This document shows, piece after piece, positions 56,838-64,000 of a stretch of 64,000 nt of DNA; position 1 is the stretch's first letter, and each line of letters begins with the position of its first letter. Source of the stretch: Flavobacteriaceae bacterium (lineage in GTDB: Bacteria; Bacteroidota; Bacteroidia; Flavobacteriales; Flavobacteriaceae); NCBI GenBank assembly GCA_965661835.1, contig CBFIFD010000007.1, positions 9,075 through 73,074 of the forward strand. The letters run 5' to 3'. Below the pieces are notes generated by a model. It saw only the letters and a list, made by a program, of their open reading frames with translations, did no database searches and was not told the origin of the DNA. Made by a program: the position numbers and the translations under genes.

Positions 56838-57864
56838 TAAACAAATTTAATTTTTTTAACCAATTGGTCTTGCGCTCCAACATTATAGAATCGGCAAGCA
56901 ATAAAACCAAGGCGATCACTAAAAACCACTGAAACTGATCCTTAAAATCGGTAAACTGCTTGGACTCAAATTCGGTCTTATCCATGGCGTTGAGAATCTC
57001 CTGAACCTCAGCCACGACCTCTTTGGTTTGTGTTCCGTCTATATAGCGTCCTTGACCCCATTGGGCGATGTTTTGTAGGTTTTCTGTATTGAGTTTGGTA
57101 ATGACCTGATTATTGCTTTGATCTCTTTTGTAAAACTGCAAAATGCCATTGCGCTTTATCGGTATTGGCGCCCCCGCAGGACTCCCAACACCGATGGTAT
57201 AAATTTGAATGCCTAAGGCTACAGCAGCGTCAACGATATCTTGATTTTCTCCCTCGTGATCCTCGCCATCACTCACGATAAGCAAAACGCGATTGGTTTG
57301 TTCTTGATCATTGAAATAGGTCATCGAAAGGTTAACCGCTTCATTGATTGCCGTTCCTTGGGACGAAACCATATCGGTGTTCATGTTGTTCAAAAATAAC
57401 TTTGCAGAGGCAAAATCTGTTGTAATGGGTGCCTGTGGAAAAGCACTCCCTGCGTAACCAATCACGCCGACCCGATCCCCCACGAGATTGTTTATGATCT
57501 GGGTGACTAACTGCTTTGATTTTTCCAAACGATTTGGCGCGACATCCTCGGCGAGCATACTTTTGGAGACATCGACCGCAAAGACCACATCTACTCCCTG
57601 TCGCGTTACCGTTTCGATTTTGGAACCAAGCTTGGGGTTAACAAGGGCAATAATTAAAGACGCAATGCACAAAGCCCAAGTACTAAATTTAATCCATGAC
57701 TTGATGGTCGATTGGTTTGGGCCTAATCGATCTAGGGCCCGCTGTGAAAAAAACCTTTTTTGTACCGATTTCTGCCAAACCAGACGCCACACAAATAGCA
57801 TAAATGCGATAAAAATCGCGGCAAGTCCGTAGAAATATATTGGCTCCTCTAACTGATACATCAA
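56815..57864 (-). CDS. batB: BatB-like von Willebrand factor A domain membrane protein
   Basis: 349 aa. Two N-terminal TMs, a VWA MIDAS motif (AVDVSKSM), and a C-terminal TM. The start (TTG 57864 or ATG 57861) overlaps the batA stop. Confidence 0.8.
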   Translation of the reverse strand: MMYQLEEPIYFYGLAAIFIAFMLFVWRLVWQKSVQKRFFSQRALDRLGPNQSTIKSWIKFSTWALCIASLIIALVNPKLGSKIETVTRQGVDVVFAVDVSKSMLAEDVAPNRLEKSKQLVTQIINNLVGDRVGVIGYAGSAFPQAPITTDFASAKLFLNNMNTDMVSSQGTAINEAVNLSMTYFNDQEQTNRVLLIVSDGEDHEGENQDIVDAAVALGIQIYTIGVGSPAGAPIPIKRNGILQFYKRDQSNNQVITKLNTENLQNIAQWGQGRYIDGTQTKEVVAEVQEILNAMDKTEFESKQFTDFKDQFQWFLVIALVLLLADSIMLERKTNWLKKLNLFNEQSDDD

Positions 57865-58865
57865 ATAAAGCTTTTGAATAGGGTTTGACGCATTAGGAAC
57901 TCAAAGATCAATAGGCCAATCGCGGCAAGAACCAGCGGGCGGTATCCTTCGTCATATTGCTGATACTTAAATTCTTCAACTTCGGTTTTCTCGAGTTTGT
58001 TGATTTCATCGTAAATCTCACCGAGCTTTGAATTGTTTGTGGCGCGAAAATACAACCCACCCGTCGTTTGTGCGATATCCTGAAGCAAAGCTTCATCAAT
58101 TTCGACCGGAACTTTTCCATATTGAAATTTACCGTTTGGGCGCATTCCAACAGGCGACAGGGCGAGGCCATTAGATCCCAGGCCGATGGTATAGACTTTT
58201 ATGCCAAATTCTACGGCTAATTCACTGGCAGTGCGCGGATCTATAAATCCTGAATTATTTACTCCATCAGTGAGCAGAATAATCACTTTACTTTTTGCGC
58301 GACTCTCTTTAAGTCGGTTCACCGCTGTAGCTAATCCCATCCCTATCGCCGTTCCCCCTTCAATAATCGTATTGTACTCAATAGATTTAAGGGCCGTTAG
58401 CACAATGGTCTTATCACTGGTGAGCGGTGTTTTGGTATAACTTTCTCCAGCATACTCAACCAAGCCCAGTCGGTCGTTGGGGCGATTGGCAATAAATCGC
58501 CCAGCAACCTGCTTTAAGGCCTCTAATCGATTTGGAGACAAATCACGCGCCAGCATACTGGCAGACACATCAATAGCCATGATTATATCTATACCACGTG
58601 ATGTTTTTACCCGTGTACTTTGATCGACGTGTCTGGGCCGAGCCAAAGCAATGATAATCAACACAACGGCCGATAGGCGCAACAACCACAATAATGACTT
58701 GGCAAAAGACCAAAACTTATTGGTTTGATCGGTAATGCTCAAAGCCGACATGGTCCACTCTGCGTTGTGTCGTCGTCGGCTGTGCCAAAACCAAAAAATA
58801 AGCAGTGGTACTAGAGTAAGCAGCCAAAACCACTGGGGCGAGACAAATTCAAAGGTTCTTGTCAT
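57861..58865 (-). CDS. batA: BatA-like von Willebrand factor A domain membrane protein
   Basis: 334 aa. Two N-terminal TMs, a VWA MIDAS motif (AIDVSASM), and a C-terminal TM. ATGA overlap with the upstream gene. Confidence 0.8.
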   Translation of the reverse strand: MTRTFEFVSPQWFWLLTLVPLLIFWFWHSRRRHNAEWTMSALSITDQTNKFWSFAKSLLWLLRLSAVVLIIIALARPRHVDQSTRVKTSRGIDIIMAIDVSASMLARDLSPNRLEALKQVAGRFIANRPNDRLGLVEYAGESYTKTPLTSDKTIVLTALKSIEYNTIIEGGTAIGMGLATAVNRLKESRAKSKVIILLTDGVNNSGFIDPRTASELAVEFGIKVYTIGLGSNGLALSPVGMRPNGKFQYGKVPVEIDEALLQDIAQTTGGLYFRATNNSKLGEIYDEINKLEKTEVEEFKYQQYDEGYRPLVLAAIGLLIFEFLMRQTLFKSFI

Positions 58866-60517
58866 GGCGCTTTAGGTTTTTGCTGTGTCTGCGGAATTTC
58901 CAAAGACACCGAATTGATAACCCGCTCTTTTAATCCCTGGGCAAATCTATTGTCGTCTACATAGGCCACCATTACGGTTTGTATCCCGCCCTGTTGATCA
59001 AAAACTAACAACTCATACTCGTGGGATTCAGACCCTGTTTGACCAGAGTCATCGGCCACATAAAAACTGCCATAAGCTCTGAGTCCCTTTATGCCCTCAG
59101 GCGTTTCAAACGACTCATCTTTGACGATCAGAGTTCTTGCGCCTTGCTCTTCTAAAAGCACCAATGATCGGTTTAGCGCTTGATTAATGTTCCAGTTCTC
59201 TTGAGGTTGAACTTGTGTTGAGGTTACCGCGATATAAAAGTCATCGTCCAGAGTAAAGGCCTCAAAAATAGCGGTACCACGCGCCGACAGACTGTCTTGA
59301 TCGGGATGGTTGAACATCTTACGGACTAAAATCTCAGGGGATTCAAGAATTACGGCAGGAACACCATATTCACTTTTATACCAAGGACCCTGCGCCAGGT
59401 CACGCATTTGATTGCCAAAAATCTGGTCTTTTGCCTCTTGTGGTCCCACATAAAACACGTAACCCACAATAGCGACAGTCACTGCTGCAGCCGCATATAA
59501 CCAAGTTCTTTTGCGTTTTTGTTTTGCCAAAAATTCCGCCCTCGCCGCTGCATCCATCGCAGCTTGCTCGTCCTCGGGCTCGGGCTCAGGAATACTCGCT
59601 TTGAATTCTTCGACCAAAATTGAGCTTTGGGCGTAATCTGATTCGCCTTGTTGCTGAGCGACCTGTGACTTAGCAAATTTAATCAGATCCGCACGACGTA
59701 AAATAGCACCTAATGTCGTTATGGTTTGGGTTTTTATGTCAAAATGATCGCCATTACTGTGCAGTGACAAGCGGTCCAAAAGTTCATCGGTAGTGCTTTC
59801 CAAGGCCCGTGAATCGATCTCGCGATGAATATATGTCTTCAGAATATCTGTGAGTTCTGAATAAAATGCTTTAGGGTTAAATTGACCCTCAGAGAGCTGA
59901 TTCTTGATGGCCGAGAGCCTTTGACTTGCCTCTTGGTATGGAGGAAGTGGTGGAGGGGCAAGGGCTTTGGTTGCTGTTCTTTTTTTTCGCCACATCCATA
60001 TGAGTCCTCCAATCAATCCCACGGCAATTAGGGTGAGCCAAGGCCAAATAGGTCCCGGTCTTAACGGAATTTGAGCCGAGGGCTTGATCACAAAAATTGG
60101 TTGTTGCGTCGTGTCGACCGCCATGGTCATTACGGCAATACCGAATTCTGGGGTATCATGAGCGCTGTCATTGATCATGACTCTTTGTTTGCTGAGGCGA
60201 TGGTAGCCAGAGTCAAATTTGGTTAACCCATATTTTTTGCGCAATTGCCATTGGCTTTTGTTGCTCTGATTTCTCAGTGTGTCGACAGTGTAAGACCGAA
60301 TCACTTCAAAAGCGCCAAAGGATTTACCTTCGGGAAACATGACAAAATCGGTGCTATCGGCCTGAACTTCAATGACCAATTCAAGCTCTTCACCGATGCG
60401 CATCTGCGTGGTATCCACCGCAGCTCTAACTTGAGCATAAACGCGCGTACTGCACAATAAGGTCAGCATCAGCCATAGGCCAAGAACAGAGGTTGTATTT
60501 AGTGGTTCTAATCTCAC
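58862..60517 (-). CDS. Large two-TM protein of the Bat operon (BatD-like N-domain + helical cytoplasmic region + unknown C-terminal domain)
   Basis: 551 aa with a GTG start 3 nt after the DUF58 stop. Signal peptide (..STRVYAQ). The N-domain resembles the BatD N-terminus (V....IGE.LEL.IEV...F..P....F..FEV). TM1 is PWLTLIAVGLIGGLIWMW and TM2 is WLYAAAAVTVAIVGYVFYV. Confidence 0.5.
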   Translation of the reverse strand: MRLEPLNTTSVLGLWLMLTLLCSTRVYAQVRAAVDTTQMRIGEELELVIEVQADSTDFVMFPEGKSFGAFEVIRSYTVDTLRNQSNKSQWQLRKKYGLTKFDSGYHRLSKQRVMINDSAHDTPEFGIAVMTMAVDTTQQPIFVIKPSAQIPLRPGPIWPWLTLIAVGLIGGLIWMWRKKRTATKALAPPPLPPYQEASQRLSAIKNQLSEGQFNPKAFYSELTDILKTYIHREIDSRALESTTDELLDRLSLHSNGDHFDIKTQTITTLGAILRRADLIKFAKSQVAQQQGESDYAQSSILVEEFKASIPEPEPEDEQAAMDAAARAEFLAKQKRKRTWLYAAAAVTVAIVGYVFYVGPQEAKDQIFGNQMRDLAQGPWYKSEYGVPAVILESPEILVRKMFNHPDQDSLSARGTAIFEAFTLDDDFYIAVTSTQVQPQENWNINQALNRSLVLLEEQGARTLIVKDESFETPEGIKGLRAYGSFYVADDSGQTGSESHEYELLVFDQQGGIQTVMVAYVDDNRFAQGLKERVINSVSLEIPQTQQKPKAP

Positions 60518-60520
60518 GGG

Positions 60521-61387
60521 TTACGCTCTATTTTTGAAATAACCTAACAACTTTCTCACATAGCTTTCTTGTAAACTACAGTCAATAGTTCCTGCACCAC
60601 ATTTAGAGAAGGACTCATGGAATTCTGAGACATTTTTCTGGTAGGCCTTGAAGTGGTTGCGCCGCACCGCTTTACTTCCCGTATGAACCAGGCGGCGTTC
60701 TCCCGTTTCACGATCGAGCATTTCCACCATCCCCAAATTAGGCATCACGGCCTCGCTTTGATCGTAAACCCGAATCCCGGTGACATCGTGCTTACGCGCC
60801 GCAATGCGCAAGGGCGATAAAAATGGAGCGCTAATAAAATCAGAGAGCACAAAGACAATCGCCTTTTTTTTCATTACCGAGGTCAAATATTTCAGGGCCG
60901 CGCTGATATCAGTCTTTTGTCCTTTAGGCTTAAACTCCAAAAGTTCGCGAATGACCCTCAAAACATGAGATTTTCCTTTTTTGGGTGGGATGAATAATTC
61001 TATTTGGTCTGTAAAAAGAATCAACCCTATCTTATCGTTATTCTGCAGTGCTGAAAACGCTAGGGTCGCCGCTATTTCTGTGAGCATTTCACCCTTAAAT
61101 TGATCCTGGCTGCCGTAAATTTCTGATTGACTCACATCGACCATAAGCATCAGTGTCAGCTCGCGTTCCTCTTCAAAAATTTTGACAAATGGCTCGTTGT
61201 AACGCGCCGTAACATTCCAGTCTATAGCCCGAATATCATCGCCGTATTGATAACTGCGGACTTCGCTAAAGGTCATCCCTCTTCCCTTAAATGTGGAATG
61301 ATATTCCCCGCCAAAGACATGGTCGCTCAAGCGCCGTGTCTTAATTTCTATCGCACGTACTTTTTTTAAAAGGGTTTTGGTATCCAC
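60521..61387 (-). CDS. DUF58 domain protein (VWA-like, MoxR partner)
   Basis: 288 aa. GEYHSTFKGRGMTFSEVR.Y..GDD.R.IDWNVTAR motif is typical of DUF58. Confidence 0.85.
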   Translation of the reverse strand: MDTKTLLKKVRAIEIKTRRLSDHVFGGEYHSTFKGRGMTFSEVRSYQYGDDIRAIDWNVTARYNEPFVKIFEEERELTLMLMVDVSQSEIYGSQDQFKGEMLTEIAATLAFSALQNNDKIGLILFTDQIELFIPPKKGKSHVLRVIRELLEFKPKGQKTDISAALKYLTSVMKKKAIVFVLSDFISAPFLSPLRIAARKHDVTGIRVYDQSEAVMPNLGMVEMLDRETGERRLVHTGSKAVRRNHFKAYQKNVSEFHESFSKCGAGTIDCSLQESYVRKLLGYFKNRA

Positions 61388-61427
61388 AATACTGGGATTT
61401 TGGCCTCAGTTAAATTAAATGACTTGT

Positions 61428-62432
61428 CTAGGGAACTTCAATGACATCGACAATACGATTAATCAAGGCCTCTGAAGTTACCTCCTCTGCTTCAGCCTCA
61501 TAAGTAATCCCCACCCGATGACGTAACACATCGTGCACTACCGCGCGGACATCCTCAGGGATCACATAGCCTCTGCCTTTGATAAAGGCATAACTCTTGG
61601 CGGCAAGTGCGAGATTAATACTCCCACGCGGTGAGGCGCCATAACTAATCAGGGGTTTTATATCTGATAGATTGTAGTCCTCAGGTCGGCGTGTGGCAAA
61701 AATAATGTCTAGTATATACCGCTCTATTTTTTCATCCATGTACACCTGACGCACGGCTTTTTGTGCCTTTTTGATCTGAGCCAATGTCGCGACGGGCTTT
61801 ACAGACTCAAGGCCTCCGTTTAAATTTTGACGAACGATTAGCTGCTCTTCAGCCAAAGCTGGATAATCGATTACGGTTTTGAGCATAAAACGATCGACCT
61901 GTGCTTCTGGCAATGGGTAGGTTCCCTCTTGTTCAATTGGATTTTGAGTGGCCATGACCAAAAATGGCTGGTCGAGTTTAAAGGTCTCGTCTCCGATAGT
62001 CACCTGCTGTTCCTGCATGGCCTCAAGAAGTGCAGACTGAACTTTAGCAGGGGCACGGTTGATTTCATCTGCCAAGACAAAATTGGCAAAAATCGGCCCT
62101 TTCTTAATGCTAAAATCATTGGTTTTGATGTTGTAGATCATTGTCCCAATAACATCGGCAGGCAATAAATCAGGGGTAAATTGCACCCGACTGAATGACC
62201 CCTTTACAGCCTTGGACAATGTGTTAATTGCCAACGTTTTAGCCAATCCAGGGACACCTTCAAGCAAAATATGCCCTTGTGAGAGCAATCCAATAAGCAG
62301 TCGCTCGATCATGTGTTTTTGGCCAACAATAACCTTATTCATCTCTTGAGCGAGTAGCCCTACAATGGCGCTCTCGCGCTCAATCATTTCGTTGAGCATT
62401 CCCAAATCTTGTGGCGTCTGATTAGTTTCCAT
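61428..62432 (-). CDS. moxR: MoxR family AAA+ ATPase
   Basis: 334 aa. Walker A LLEGVPGLAKT and Walker B LADEINRA, with MoxR-typical length. Confidence 0.9.
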   Translation of the reverse strand: METNQTPQDLGMLNEMIERESAIVGLLAQEMNKVIVGQKHMIERLLIGLLSQGHILLEGVPGLAKTLAINTLSKAVKGSFSRVQFTPDLLPADVIGTMIYNIKTNDFSIKKGPIFANFVLADEINRAPAKVQSALLEAMQEQQVTIGDETFKLDQPFLVMATQNPIEQEGTYPLPEAQVDRFMLKTVIDYPALAEEQLIVRQNLNGGLESVKPVATLAQIKKAQKAVRQVYMDEKIERYILDIIFATRRPEDYNLSDIKPLISYGASPRGSINLALAAKSYAFIKGRGYVIPEDVRAVVHDVLRHRVGITYEAEAEEVTSEALINRIVDVIEVP

Positions 62433-62610
62433 AACTACATTCTGTCATTAAAAAAGACCGACTGCAATAATCGATCTTAAATTTCACTATGCAAATTGAC
62501 GATTATTCATTAATTCCGCTGTTAATAATTGGTTAAAAATTACCATGAATAAAGGGCTTTGCAGCAATGTTTCCTGAATAATTTGTCTAATTTTAGATAA
62601 AATAATTTCC

Positions 62611-63480
62611 ATGGAACATTCATTTTCTTCTGTTATCGTCGGATGTATGGATTGGGGCTCTTGGCGGCGCAATTTTGACACCGAAGAAATGACAGACCTT
62701 ATTCAGTGGAGTATTTCTCATGGTCTTACCAGTTTTGATCATGCCGATATTTACGGAGATTACACTGTTGAGGAACAATTTGGCAAGGCCTTTGACCGGG
62801 CAAATGTATCGCGAGAAGATGTACAAATAATCAGTAAATGTGGGATTCAATATGCTTGTGAGGCCAGGCCACATTCTGTAAAACACTATCAATACGATGC
62901 GGCTTATATTGTGGACAGTGCTCGTCGTTCAATCGAGCAATTGCGCTGTGGCTACCTCGATCTTTTTTTACTGCACCGACCCAGTCCTTTGATGCGTCCC
63001 GAGGCCGTTACAGAGGCAGTGAATACCCTCAAAGAATCTGGAGCAATTCGGGCTTTTGGAGTATCCAATTTCACGCCGAGTCAAACAGATCTGATTGCAT
63101 CACAAGCAGAAATACAGGCCAATCAAATTCAGTGCTCCTTGACCCATTTAACTCCGTTTTTCAACGGAAGTCTTGATCATATGTACACTCATGGGATACG
63201 TCCTATGGCCTGGAGTCCAATAGGTCAAGTATTCAAAGACAAAAGTGAAACGTCCCATCGAATCCATGAGGTCTTAAACGAACTTTGCGAGCATTATAAT
63301 GCCAGCAAGGATCAAATATTGTTGGCTTGGCTGATGACTCATCCCTCTGGGATAATACCCGTAGTGGGTACCACTCAAAAAGAGCGACTAGCCTCTGCGG
63401 CCAAGGCCGCGACCATTAAGCTCTCAGAAATTCATTGGTTTGAACTCCTTGTCGCGAGTCAAGGCCATAAGGTTCCTTAG
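62611..63480 (+). CDS. Aldo/keto reductase family oxidoreductase
   Basis: 289 aa. FDHADIYG active-site Asp/Tyr region, LLHRP, and GVSNF motifs. Confidence 0.85.
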   Translation: MEHSFSSVIVGCMDWGSWRRNFDTEEMTDLIQWSISHGLTSFDHADIYGDYTVEEQFGKAFDRANVSREDVQIISKCGIQYACEARPHSVKHYQYDAAYIVDSARRSIEQLRCGYLDLFLLHRPSPLMRPEAVTEAVNTLKESGAIRAFGVSNFTPSQTDLIASQAEIQANQIQCSLTHLTPFFNGSLDHMYTHGIRPMAWSPIGQVFKDKSETSHRIHEVLNELCEHYNASKDQILLAWLMTHPSGIIPVVGTTQKERLASAAKAATIKLSEIHWFELLVASQGHKVP

Positions 63481-63497
63481 ATTTTATTTTATCACTC

Positions 63498-64000
63498 ATG
63501 ACACGACTCAAAAATAAGACCGCATTGATTACGGGTGCCACCTCAGGAATTGGACTTGCCACTGCACAGGCCCTGGCACAAGAGGGATGCCGCTTAATTA
63601 TCACCGGAAGGCGTTCTGTGCGACTCAGCACCATCGCAAATAATTTGAGTGCTCTGGTCTCAGTACATACACTTAATTTTGACGTGCGCGACCGAACACG
63701 TGTTTTTGATTCAATCGCTGATCTTCCCGATGAATTCAAAGCCATCGATATTTTGATTAACAATGCGGGAAATGCGCATGGTTTGGACACCATCCAAGAG
63801 GGCGATCCAGACGACTGGGACGCCATGATCGATATTAATGTCAAAGGATTGCTTTATGTCTCAAAAGCAGTTATCCCTGATATGGTAAAGCGAGGTTCAG
63901 GCCAGATTATACATATCGGCTCAACCGCAGGGAAAGAAGTCTACCCAAAAGGAAATGTCTATTGTGCCAGCAAACATGCTGTAGATGCCCTAAATCACGG
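63498..64000 (+). CDS. Short-chain dehydrogenase/reductase (SDR), 3' end beyond the window
   Basis: Not in the ORF track because it runs off the edge. My translation from the ATG at 63498 is MTRLKNKTALITGATSGIG...INNAGN...GSTAGKEVYPKGNVYCASKHAV, which shows the TGxxxGIG, NNAG and S...YxxxK motifs. Confidence 0.85.
   Translation, partial: MTRLKNKTALITGATSGIGLATAQALAQEGCRLIITGRRSVRLSTIANNLSALVSVHTLNFDVRDRTRVFDSIADLPDEFKAIDILINNAGNAHGLDTIQEGDPDDWDAMIDINVKGLLYVSKAVIPDMVKRGSGQIIHIGSTAGKEVYPKGNVYCASKHAVDALNH

Noticed and set aside
53400-62432. MoxR + VWA + DUF58 genes as a possible NTPase-based conflict or phage-defence system.
   Set aside because: Gene order and domain content match the canonical housekeeping bat operon (membrane VWA proteins, TPR/SH3 scaffolds). 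There is no nuclease, protease, TIR/Sir2 or other effector, and no mobile-element context.
63416-63844. A 142-aa minus-strand ORF at the right edge.
   Set aside because: It is antisense to a clear + strand SDR gene (TGxxxGIG, NNAG, YxxxK) that the ORF track omits because it runs off the window. The minus-strand product is Ser/Arg-rich with no motif, so it is a shadow ORF.

Overview
This is a densely coding, mostly housekeeping chromosomal segment. It most likely comes from a member of the Bacteroidota (Flavobacteriia-like). Supporting this are two proteins with type IX secretion (T9SS) C-terminal sorting domains, a PorZ-like double-propeller protein, a complete moxR-DUF58-batABCDE aerotolerance-type operon, an OlsF-like fused lipid acyltransferase and a TonB-dependent receptor.

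I can support about 58 protein-coding genes. Two are truncated by the window edges, and one of those, an SDR at the right edge, is missing from the ORF track. Clearly recognisable genes include rsmA, mgtE, lysC, fbp, mfd, metG, ssb, acs, ppc, recO, gdhA, gmk, nadD, gpsA and pheS. By eye I found no rRNA, tRNA, CRISPR array, transposase, integrase, prophage or classical defence genes. Genes are often joined by ATGA or TGATG stop/start overlaps.

The regions most worth a second look are:
1. 38.3-47.7 kb. This locus combines a Tat-exported GMC flavoenzyme and its small Tat-lipoprotein partner, a lipoprotein TIM-barrel enzyme, two DUF1080 (3-keto-disaccharide-hydrolase family) lipoproteins, a nucleoside-type MFS importer and a cytoplasmic Gfo/Idh/MocA plus TIM-barrel pair. 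A lipidated azurin lies next door. The family set is the one used by 3-keto-glycoside (oxidative glycoside cleavage) routes, but the substrate and wiring here are unknown.
2. 12.8-15.9 kb. A DUF1800/DUF1501 pair in which the DUF1501 protein carries a twin-arginine leader, preceded by a His-rich stretch, as well as a T9SS C-terminal domain.
3. 53.4-62.4 kb. An eight-gene MoxR/VWA Bat operon with an unusually large 551-aa two-TM protein in the usual small-protein slot.
4. A peptidase-U32/ferredoxin pair.

All family calls come from motif-level reading of the translations. No database search was run.
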